NCBI GenBank assembly: GCA_019746225.1
Contig: JAIESE010000013.1
Span: forward strand, 42,063-106,062
From: Alphaproteobacteria bacterium
Lineage (GTDB): Bacteria > Pseudomonadota > Alphaproteobacteria > Paracaedibacterales > VGCI01
Direction of reading: 5' to 3'
DNA length: 64,000 nucleotides
Shown here: in pieces, positions 8,590-18,079 of the stretch
Layout: each line of letters begins with the position of its first letter
How positions within the stretch are numbered: the first letter of the stretch is position 1
Program-made: the position numbers and the translations under genes
The notes under the pieces: generated by a model
Told to the model about the DNA's origin: nothing
Database searches by the model: none
The model's input: the letters and a program-made list of their open reading frames with translations, nothing else

Positions 8590-11500
8590 ATGAAAAGAAA
8601 AGGTTTATTAATAAAAAGCTTGTTATTAAGTACCACGATTATGTGTGGACTCACTATGGGTGCACAACAGATACAAGAAGGCCTTGTTTATTATGGTGGG
8701 GATGGATTAACAGCACACCGAGAACAATTTACTATGGTAGGTAATCAAAGAGTGGAGCAACCCCATGGAGAATTGCCAGAACATAAAGGGTGTACGGTCA
8801 ACTATGTAGAAGCATTCTATAAGAACCAAGCCCCTATACCTTTGGCGAGACAGGGTGAGAATGCAGGAGGGTATAGATACGATGGATTTATAACAGATAA
8901 TTTCCACCCGACAATTCGAGCACAGCATCTCCTTTACAGCGACGGAGTAGATATCTATGAACCTCATGCTACGCAAGAATTGTGGACTCGTGGACAGGGA
9001 ACTCCTGGACAAGAGGATGTTCGTATTTTTATATCATCTCATAAAGATAGCCTTAAGTTGAACTGGACGCCAGGTATACGCATTGATACCCCCAATGGTA
9101 AATTACCAGCTGGCCTTTATCAATTTAGTTCATCAGAAAATTTAACTGAAGAAGTGCCTTACCATCAGAATAATGTTAACGGCGTAAGAACAAATTATTT
9201 TCGTAAGGAAAAATGGTCAAAAGTAGGAAGTGAGCAATCTTTTTACATAAACATGCCCTCGCATCACCTTGTCAGTGTTCCTGGAATGCCAGAATATATT
9301 CTTAATGAATTTCCTGAAGCGCCAAAAGATTTTGTTGATTTGAAAATGATAATTGATGCATTTGAACAGGCAGTGGCTAATAACCTAAATTTGCAACGTC
9401 CTGAGCAACGAATCATTTTTATTGGGGATGCCCGAGTCGGGAAAGACGCTCTTGCACATTATTATGCAGGTTCTGATTTATCGGTTGCGCTCAATAGGGG
9501 TTTTAGACCAGCGCGGGTTGAATTACAAGGCAATCCTCAATTAGGCTCATTAAGTGTTGTGTCTGGTATTATTGGCTCCCGAAATGTTGGCTCTTGGTTT
9601 GATCAAGCAGGCCAACGTGTCATTTGGACAACGCCTGGAGCTAATGGAATTGAAACCCCTTTGAATGATATTTTGAATGTTAAATCTCTTAAAACATTAT
9701 TAACAAAAAACAACCCATCAAAATACGTTTTAACCATTAAAGAGTCAGATTTATTTGAAGCAAATTATAAAAATCTAACTGAGGTTTTAATAAGGTTATC
9801 GCGCATGTTTGGGTATCAAGTACGGGAAGATGGTACCGTTGATATGGGGATAAATAATGATTTAAAAAATGCGCTTTCACTTGTCGTATCTCAAACTGAT
9901 CGTATGAATCAAGGTGACTTGGTTGATGGAGTCTATTTAGACCAAAATGGAGTTCAGCAGCCAGTCAAAGGCATATTACGAAATATTTTAGAAGTCATGC
10001 AAAGTGCACCTTTGAACTATGATGCTGGCGGCATGGGCATCTTGGAATATTTAGTAAATCATCCTGAACGTGTTTCTTTCTTCTCTTTGCCAAATCTCGC
10101 CAATGCACTCTATGAACCTAGAGATCCCCTCAACACAAGAGAATCCATTCAACAGAGTATAGATGTAGCAAATGGAAACGAGTCGCGTTATATGGCAGTC
10201 CAAAACCCAGCTGATATTCATATTGTTTTTAAAGAAGAATCAAATACATTCATTAAACAAGTATTGGATAAATTAAATAATCAGGTGACAAAATACTTAA
10301 GTGAGGACGCAGTTGAAACAATATGGAATCTTTGCAATCAAAAAATACTTGGGCATGAAGGAACCGTAGATGAACTTCGTGATAAGCTTCTAGCTTTCTC
10401 TAATAAGTTTAACAACGCTAACACGCAACCTCTAGACGATTTTGTGCGGGACATTGAGAGTCTAATAGGTACGAATGGAATCACAAGGAATATAAATCAT
10501 ATACGCTATTTACAAGAAAAGTTGGGTATAAATACCAATTATGCTCGCGATCAGTGGCTTGCTCCGTTGATGTCTGTCATGAACAACATTCGTTACTTAA
10601 GCTCAAAAAATGTAGTCGATGGAAGTCAAAATTTAGATACATTAAATGGAATTAACTATATTTTTGATAGCCAAAATAAAGAATTAACGCTTGTTGGCTA
10701 CTTACTTGGCATGACCGATGTGAAGAAGTTTGTAGAAAATAATCTTACGCGTAGTGGAATTACAGGCCTAACTCCGAATACTGAAATACGAAAACTCAAT
10801 CTCCTATCTCTACGAAATTTGTTAGCAGATGGTAGTTTAAGTTTGAAAGAAGCAACGGTCGTTGGAATAACACCCGAAATAGTTCAGACAACCCAGTCTG
10901 TCACGCTCGATCTTTCTGCTAGAGCCCATCCATCTATGAGTAAGGCTGCCAATGATCAAGTTGGAACGCCAGGTCTTCCCGGAAGAAACGGTGGAAGCTT
11001 AGTCTTATTAGCAAATAAATTTACTGATGCCTATAAAGTAGCCCACCCACAAAATCCAACCACATTTGAAATTAAGAAAGACGGGGGGTCGGGACAAAAC
11101 GGCCAAGAAGGGGCAATAGCACATCGGTGCCTACACCAGCGGATGGTACTACGGGAGATTGGAACGAGCATAGTTCTACGCCGGTTTCCGTAGGTCGAGG
11201 AGTAGATGATCCTGAAAAAAATAGATATTATGTGTCTGCATTGAAAGTGAAGGGTGGAACTGACGAAGATAGAAAGGGAAATCCTATTCCATGGTATAAA
11301 GCCCATTTGAGCATTGATTATACTAAGAAAGAGTATAAACAGGCAGGCATAAAAGGGACTAAAGGTAGCAATGGTAAGAATGGCGGAGCCAAAGGACTAA
11401 AAGGGCATCAAGGTCTTTTAGTTGTGGATTGTCCCAAAATAAGCCCTATCGTCGCAAGCAATCCACCCCAGGATGGGTCTGATGGAAGTGGGGGTAGCGG

Positions 11501-11882
11501 TAGCGCAGGAGGGCTCGGAGGACGTGTTAATTATAAAATTACGTACAATTATCGGCCAGGTAAATATGATCATAATGGTACAGAAATTTGGGCTAATGCT
11601 GAGGATGGAACAAGCCATTTAGGAGATGGGGGTAGGTATAGAGAGGATGGTCCTCGTCTTCTCGACAATGAGCGTGGACCTTTAGGTGATCCTGGGGATG
11701 CTGGGACTTCAGGAGCCAATACTGCTGGTCAAGTTGCTCCATCCCCCCAAATTACCGCTGACCAATTGGAAACATTAAAGACCAATAAGCTACAACTTTA
11801 TAGCACCCAATATTATGCACTTGCCGTAGATCCTGTTAAACAAAAGCTTCTCGGTAAATTTACAAACATTCCGGCCCAATAA
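8590..11882 (+). pseudogene. Signal-peptide P-loop-GTPase-like / glycine-rich (collagen-like) protein, copy A, split by a -1 frameshift
   Basis: Two overlapping ORFs, 8569-11193 (frame 1) and 11127-11882 (frame 3), together are colinear with the intact paralog 27154-30033. ATG at 8590 follows AAGGAG. Signal peptide: MKRKGLLIKSLLLSTTIMCGLTMGA. The Walker A is degenerate: GDARVGKD versus GRTGSGKS in copy B. Gly-rich tracts include GTPGLPGRNGG, DGGSGQNGQEG, GIKGTKGSNGKNGGAKGLKGHQG and DGSDGSGGSGSAGGLGG. Confidence 0.75.
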
Positions 11883-11883
11883 G

Positions 11884-11912
11884 AAGGGGGGGCTATACCC
11901 CCCTTACTTTTA
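11884..11912 (+). terminator. GC stem-loop with a short T run between the GTPase-like gene and the CdiA-like gene
   Basis: AAGGGGGG-gctata-CCCCCCTT is followed by ACTTTTAT. This may be a terminator or attenuator. Confidence 0.4.
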
Positions 11913-11939
11913 TGCAGCTAAATTTTTAAGGAGGAAAGA

Positions 11940-14900
11940 ATGAAGTACGTAGTATCTAATAACTCAGTTCACAAGGTATTCACTTTGAAAGGATGCGTTA
12001 CAAGAATTGTCATTCTTTCTCAAATAAGCTCCCATATTGCTGGAGCTATGGAAGAAGCCTTAACGGATAATCCTGTTAAGGTGTCTTCATCTTCCACTCT
12101 CGCGTATGGATTTTCTGCTTTTCCAACCAACAAGTACATTGAGACTCAACAGCAAGCTCTTAATTATTTTGGGTCACTTGATTTAACTCCAAAAGATATA
12201 CTTATATTTCCTGCGCCAATAGCACAAGCTCTGATTGTCAATCGGATTGAAAGTGGACAACCATCTAATATTGCGGGTTCAATAAAATCAGATGAATTAT
12301 CCTCCATGATGTTTAAAAATCCAAAAGGGTTTGTTATAAACAACCCTTTAATTAGCAATGTTTTAGACCTGGATTTCGTAGCTCAAGCCGATGAGTATTT
12401 TGATAACTATTCGAAAGAACGAGGTGCGATAGAAATAAAAAGCACTTCTCTTTCAAGTGGCGAACGTTTAGAAAACTTACGCCTTAAGGCTGAGTCTATC
12501 TGCATTCAAGAATCTGTTCTAGATCCATTAAATTCACTATCTATTGAGTTGCTAAAGGGAGATAAGGATCGGCTTTTGTCTAATGCCGATAAAAAACAAG
12601 CATTATACATAAATCCAAACACGATCTTGCGGGCGGCAAAACTATCAATTCATTCCCACAATCAGTTGCCCTTAATAATCGAAGGTGTTTTACAGAGTAC
12701 CGGCGGAAATATTGAGATCTTTTCAGATGGAGATATTGTGCTTCATAACGTTTCTTGTAGTGGAAAGCTGATTATTCATACTAATGGAAGGGTTATTTTT
12801 GAAAATGATGCTGCCGTAATTGGTGGTGTGGAAATACATGCTTTATCTTTCGAGAACAAAGGACGCCTCATAACTAAGGGTAATATGGATTTTGGAAAAA
12901 CCCAAATCATCAACAAAGGTCTTCTGCAGACTGAAACAGACATTTCTTCTGAGACATTACATAATAGTAAATCTGGTCATATAATCGCCAGAACCCTTGA
13001 TAATCTTATGTCTATTTTGCCCCATAATGAAGGAACGATAGAATTTTTAGATGCATGTACATTAAATGGTGAACATTCGCTCGATCTGAAAGGAACTTTG
13101 GTCGTCAACGGCCTTCTAGATTGTCAATTATCCGGTGTTGACTCCACGCTTACTTTAAGAGAGGGCAGTCAAGTAAAGGCGTTAAAAGGTGCGACTGTCA
13201 AACTTCATACTCTCACTAATCATGGAAAGTTGAACATTACCGGAGAAAATCTAGGATTATATCTCACATGTTTAAATAACTTTGGGGATATTGAATCAGT
13301 AAACGGCACTTACGGTGAGGTATTCAAGTTAGTAAATAGCGCCACCATCCGCACGCTTGGCCATTCTACGCTTAACTGTACAACCGTTGAAAATAAAGAA
13401 TCCGGCAGGTTTTATACGGCAGGGGTTCATCATGTTAATGTGACGGGAAGTTATCTTGACTCAGGTTATGTTTATTCTCCCACATTATTTTTGCTACAAG
13501 GGGCTTATCTTCAATTTCTTCCTCATCACCAATCATTTATTGCTAATGGGGTTATTAAAGCGACGCAGAAGTTAACGGTTGCTTCAGAAGCAATTTTGAA
13601 CATGAGACACCGTCTGCAATTTTACTCTGATAACACGATTGTCCATCAAGGTGTAAATAATCAGCTCCAAGAATATCACAAGTCTGATGAGGATGCTCTT
13701 TATGACACTTACTATTTGCTCAACCCAGATTTCATTGCGCCCAGATGGGAGCGGAATGTTTTTAAAGCTTACGTTAATACGTTTTTAACAGGGCATTGGG
13801 GGGACTATTTAAGAAATTTGCTTAAAGAACCTTATGGCATTGTAACAATGGCCCGGGGCGATCTCACACGACGGGGCAATGACAATATCCAAGCGGGAGG
13901 TTCACGCTATACAACTTTTGGTCAATTTAAAGGGAGCAAATCTTATATAAAAACGGGATATTTCCCAGATAATCATGCCCAAATACAAGCAGATAGTGGC
14001 AACTTTTCAAATGTTACCTTAAATGCTCTTGGGGGAAAGGTTGCTGTGAAGTTAGATAAGGATATGGAAGCAAAGAAATTTCACGCTCAAGCAAAGACTA
14101 TTGCTGAGTTAAACGTAAGGGGCTCGATGAGTCTTAAAGATGCATCCATTGCAGCCAGACTAGTCAGTTTAGAGGCTCAAAAAGATATGCAGATGAACAC
14201 TGTCACGTTACAAGCCCAAGATCATATCCATGCTTCGACTCCCGGTAAATTTCAAGCTTCAGATTTACAATTGAAAGGCGGTGCAACGACACACATAGAA
14301 GGGGATCAAGGTATCCACATACAAGGATTGCAGAATCAAAACAAAACAAGATTGAAATCATCTAAGCAAGTAATATTAGACAAAGAGGCTAAAGGAGGTG
14401 AGTTAAGCATTGAAACAACTGAAAACTTTACCAATAACGCTTCTGTTGAAGTTGATAAATTTTCCCAGAGCAGTCTCCATTTTCAAAATAATAAAAAGGT
14501 TGTAGCGAAAGGTACCCTGAAATCAAAAAGCCAAACCTATGGCGATACAGAAGAAGCTATGTTGGAAGGTTCTGAAGTAGTGCTTGATGCGCCTTTAACA
14601 AGAGGAGGATTTAAGGGAATAGTTAAAGCGGATATGGCTGAAATTCTCCTAAAAGATATGCAGCTGCAAGAACTTTTACGGCACATAGATATTCAAAACA
14701 CATTAACCTACACAGTTGATGATCATCTGGTAGTTGATGAGGATATTATCATAAAATGCAAGATGGTATTGCACGCAGTAGGTCTAGAAAATAAGTCAAG
14801 GATTACAGCAGATAAGAACTTTTTGTCATTTATAAAAAGAAATATCTTGAATGGTGGTCTCTTTCTTGGTCAAGGTTCCGCATACTTTGAAGCCGGAGGT

Positions 14901-17900
14901 GCTTTTACTAACACTGCCCAGTTAAAAGCAAAAGAAGGTTTAGGGGTCAAAGCGGCCCAAATATTAAATAAAGGTGACGAAAAGCTTCCTGCGGTAATGG
15001 AAGGCCAGGATATTTCGTTAGAATCTACCCAAGGCAGCATTGAAAGCCAGTACGGACAATTTAGGGCAAAACAATCATTTCAAGCTCGATCGGCTCGCGA
15101 TACAACTCTCGATGCTTCAGAAGTTGACGCTGGTCAATCCATAAACATTACCTCGGCACGCGATACTTTGATCCAATCCGTTGTTAAGAGACTAAAGTCT
15201 GGTGAGGGAAACTATAAAGATATTGCTGTCCGTTCATTGCTTAATTCTGGCGGATCAATAGCTCTTTTATCGGGTAACAATACAACTCTTATTGGGGCAA
15301 GATTAAAGGCAGCGCTTGATATTGGAGTTGCTGCACAGAATGTTTATAGCTTAGCTTTAGGATTAGAAGAACAAGAAACACACGCTATTACTGACGGTTC
15401 TCAGACAAAGTATAAGCTGACAAATGATGTCAGTCAGATACAGGCAGGTGGAAATGTTGGTATTCATGCAAAAGGCATGAACTACCACCAGGCAACAGAT
15501 ATTGTCGCACAAAATTTGTCATTGCTGGGTCAAGATGTTGTGATCGATGACGTTACGGATAAGTTTTACTTATCGGAAACCACAAAGCATGAAGGTGGAT
15601 TGTTCGGTCAAAATACTGAACAACAGATGCAACGGCAAGAAAGTACATCAAGAGGTGCTAATTTCAACGTTTTTGAAAGAATAGGAGTGAAGGCATTAAA
15701 TAGTATTTCTGTAAAAAATATAAAATGCCAAGCTCAAGAGACCATTCTAGATTCTCCAGAAGTTAAAATTTTGTTGGGGCGTAACGAAATGCAATCCGCA
15801 TCAACAGAAAAGAGCTCCAATGTTTTATGGGTGCGAACCACACAATCCTCCGATGAAAAATTAGATCATCAGGCTTCTGAGTTTAAGGGAGCCGTTAAAA
15901 TCAATGCTAAAAACGCAATGATAGAAAGAGTTGCAGGCCAAACTCTGGGTTTTATGAAGACCTTGTCGGGAGATATACAAAATCTATCCGAATCAGAAGT
16001 CGTTGATTACTATAATAGAAAATCGAAAACAGTCGAGGGGCCATCTCAAGCCTTCGCCATGGTAATTGCTCTAGCTGTCTCAATGACAGGTGTTGGCAGT
16101 GCTTTGGGTGCAGCGCTCGTTGGCACAACATTGTCAACTACTCTCGCGGGAACAATGGTATCCGCTGCTGTGACAACTCTATGTAGTCAAGCAGCGGTAC
16201 AGCTTATAGCTGCCAAAGGCAATATCATACAAGCAGCAGAAGCCATGGCAAATACTAAGGTTCTTGAATCTATGGCGCTGAGTGCGATAACTGCAGGGAT
16301 TACAAGTCAACTTTGTGACGTATTGCATCTTCAGTTAGACCCCATAAAAAAGAATTTATTTGACAATATAAAACAGAAAGGTGTTGAGAATGTAGTAAAT
16401 CTAGGGGCTAATATTGTTCAAGGGGGAGATGCCGATATAGCCCTTCGCAATGCTGCAGTTTCGACAGTAGTTGGGGCTTTGAGTGCATCAGCCGCGTATG
16501 AAATTGGAAATGGGTATTCGCATAACCATGTTGATCCAGTAACTCATAAATTATTGCATGCTGCTTTGGGTGCAGCTTCAGGAGCTCTACAAGGAGATGA
16601 CCCCGCTAAAGGAGCCCTAACTGGAGCCATAAGCGCTACGGTAGCTGTGACTGTTACAGATATTATTCAAAAGGACTCAAAATCAGTTGCCAAAAGGGCT
16701 CTAGATAGAGCTGAAAGAGAAAATATAGAAACAACGCCTGAGAATATGCGCGCTCTTATTCGTCAAGAAATACAAATGACCGGGGCTGGTGGAAAAATTA
16801 CAAGCGCTATTACGGCAATGCTTTTAAAACAGGATATGAATATAGCGATCGGAGCCTCTACGAATGCAATAGAAAATAATTGTCTGGAATCAATGGCTGC
16901 GCTTGCACTCCACGAGGCCAATGTCATGGCTGAAGCTAGACAAAGTGAAGGTACTGGGAAAACGACTCTATTTGAGAAAGACCGAGAGGATACTGAATGG
17001 AGTGGAGAAATTCCTTCTAAAGCACATGTTGGCATTGAGGGGGAAAAGTCTTATGTCGCTCATTATATAGCGGGCAAAAAAGCGCAATATGAGCATGATG
17101 GAAAATCGTGGGGTGAAAAAGAAATAGCACAAGCCCGTAAGGAGGCAGAAACTGAATTAAAAGGCATTGAGCAAGTTACATGGCATGAAGATGTTTTGTT
17201 AGGAGGGGCAAATATTGCGCGCAAAGCCGGTGCACATGGTTTAAAAGCAGCGGGAACCTACACTGCAGAAAAAATTCGAGAATTTGCCAAAGGGAAAGTT
17301 CAAGAGAAGGTTCAGGAGATATTAGTAGGTGAAAGTTGCTTAGATGCTGGCCAGTTTGTTGAAAGGGAAGCCCACAACCTTGGTGCAAGTGATAAAATGG
17401 CTAAAGGGCTCGGGGCAGCGACAGAACAGGGTTGTGAGCTATTCGTTTCCAATGCAATAAGCAAAGCAGCTTCGGGAGCCCGCTCATCCTCATCAGATAT
17501 CCCTCATATAGAGGCGATTTCATCAGATCATGATCAAGTTGCGCATAAAGGTTATTACGGACGAAAAGCAGATAGGGCTGAAAAACATAAATGGGATAAG
17601 GCGGTAAATGAGGCTCAACCAGCAGTATACAGCAAACATCAAAAAGCGACAACGCGAGAAGAAGCTGAAAGATTGGCACGTCCTGGAAAACCATCACAAT
17701 ATTTTCCAGGTCAAAATGTAGAAGATTTGGAAAGGGAAGCTTTAAAAAGGGGAGCAAAACTTCCTGATCTTAAAGACAAAGGAAGCACTTATGTTGAATA
17801 TGCTTTTCCTTATGAGATTGGAGTTGCTAATGGAAAACCTACTAAGAGCATACGGGTTGAAATGACAAATTCTAGTGTTCCCGAGTTTCATGGACATCCC

Positions 17901-17918
17901 AGACCTGAAAAAAAATAA
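11940..17918 (+). CDS. TpsA/CdiA-like filamentous-haemagglutinin-family exoprotein with an ENN-delimited C-terminal toxin region (1992 aa)
   Basis: An AAGGAGG RBS is present. The TPS-domain-like segment is ALIVNRIESGQPSNIAGSIKSD..MFKNPKGFVINNP (compare ILNRVTG..S.I.G and the NPNGI motifs). A long beta-helix-type repeat region follows. A Gly/Ala-rich helical DUF637-like segment is GPSQAFAMVIALAVSMTGVGSALGAALVG... A VENN-like motif, STNAIENN, lies at nt 16866-16880 and is followed by a 345-aa C-terminal region. Confidence 0.85.
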   Translation: MKYVVSNNSVHKVFTLKGCVTRIVILSQISSHIAGAMEEALTDNPVKVSSSSTLAYGFSAFPTNKYIETQQQALNYFGSLDLTPKDILIFPAPIAQALIVNRIESGQPSNIAGSIKSDELSSMMFKNPKGFVINNPLISNVLDLDFVAQADEYFDNYSKERGAIEIKSTSLSSGERLENLRLKAESICIQESVLDPLNSLSIELLKGDKDRLLSNADKKQALYINPNTILRAAKLSIHSHNQLPLIIEGVLQSTGGNIEIFSDGDIVLHNVSCSGKLIIHTNGRVIFENDAAVIGGVEIHALSFENKGRLITKGNMDFGKTQIINKGLLQTETDISSETLHNSKSGHIIARTLDNLMSILPHNEGTIEFLDACTLNGEHSLDLKGTLVVNGLLDCQLSGVDSTLTLREGSQVKALKGATVKLHTLTNHGKLNITGENLGLYLTCLNNFGDIESVNGTYGEVFKLVNSATIRTLGHSTLNCTTVENKESGRFYTAGVHHVNVTGSYLDSGYVYSPTLFLLQGAYLQFLPHHQSFIANGVIKATQKLTVASEAILNMRHRLQFYSDNTIVHQGVNNQLQEYHKSDEDALYDTYYLLNPDFIAPRWERNVFKAYVNTFLTGHWGDYLRNLLKEPYGIVTMARGDLTRRGNDNIQAGGSRYTTFGQFKGSKSYIKTGYFPDNHAQIQADSGNFSNVTLNALGGKVAVKLDKDMEAKKFHAQAKTIAELNVRGSMSLKDASIAARLVSLEAQKDMQMNTVTLQAQDHIHASTPGKFQASDLQLKGGATTHIEGDQGIHIQGLQNQNKTRLKSSKQVILDKEAKGGELSIETTENFTNNASVEVDKFSQSSLHFQNNKKVVAKGTLKSKSQTYGDTEEAMLEGSEVVLDAPLTRGGFKGIVKADMAEILLKDMQLQELLRHIDIQNTLTYTVDDHLVVDEDIIIKCKMVLHAVGLENKSRITADKNFLSFIKRNILNGGLFLGQGSAYFEAGGAFTNTAQLKAKEGLGVKAAQILNKGDEKLPAVMEGQDISLESTQGSIESQYGQFRAKQSFQARSARDTTLDASEVDAGQSINITSARDTLIQSVVKRLKSGEGNYKDIAVRSLLNSGGSIALLSGNNTTLIGARLKAALDIGVAAQNVYSLALGLEEQETHAITDGSQTKYKLTNDVSQIQAGGNVGIHAKGMNYHQATDIVAQNLSLLGQDVVIDDVTDKFYLSETTKHEGGLFGQNTEQQMQRQESTSRGANFNVFERIGVKALNSISVKNIKCQAQETILDSPEVKILLGRNEMQSASTEKSSNVLWVRTTQSSDEKLDHQASEFKGAVKINAKNAMIERVAGQTLGFMKTLSGDIQNLSESEVVDYYNRKSKTVEGPSQAFAMVIALAVSMTGVGSALGAALVGTTLSTTLAGTMVSAAVTTLCSQAAVQLIAAKGNIIQAAEAMANTKVLESMALSAITAGITSQLCDVLHLQLDPIKKNLFDNIKQKGVENVVNLGANIVQGGDADIALRNAAVSTVVGALSASAAYEIGNGYSHNHVDPVTHKLLHAALGAASGALQGDDPAKGALTGAISATVAVTVTDIIQKDSKSVAKRALDRAERENIETTPENMRALIRQEIQMTGAGGKITSAITAMLLKQDMNIAIGASTNAIENNCLESMAALALHEANVMAEARQSEGTGKTTLFEKDREDTEWSGEIPSKAHVGIEGEKSYVAHYIAGKKAQYEHDGKSWGEKEIAQARKEAETELKGIEQVTWHEDVLLGGANIARKAGAHGLKAAGTYTAEKIREFAKGKVQEKVQEILVGESCLDAGQFVEREAHNLGASDKMAKGLGAATEQGCELFVSNAISKAASGARSSSSDIPHIEAISSDHDQVAHKGYYGRKADRAEKHKWDKAVNEAQPAVYSKHQKATTREEAERLARPGKPSQYFPGQNVEDLEREALKRGAKLPDLKDKGSTYVEYAFPYEIGVANGKPTKSIRVEMTNSSVPEFHGHPRPEKK

Positions 17919-18079
17919 GGTTGCTATTCTAATTCATCCTAATGATAGAGATGATGAAACATAATGGATTAAGGCCATACATACTCTTCTTATTTCAACG
18001 GCTGAAAAGCTTCAGGCGCTCAATGCTCATGCTTTCTTTACCTCATCAAGCCAACACCTTATTATTTTGATAAACTTTA

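Noticed and set aside
8590-11882. Whether the gene upstream of the CdiA-like gene could be the missing TpsB/CdiB transporter
   Set aside because: It has no POTRA-like repeats, no amphipathic beta-strand barrel pattern and no C-terminal aromatic residue. It is instead homologous to the GTPase-like protein of locus B.
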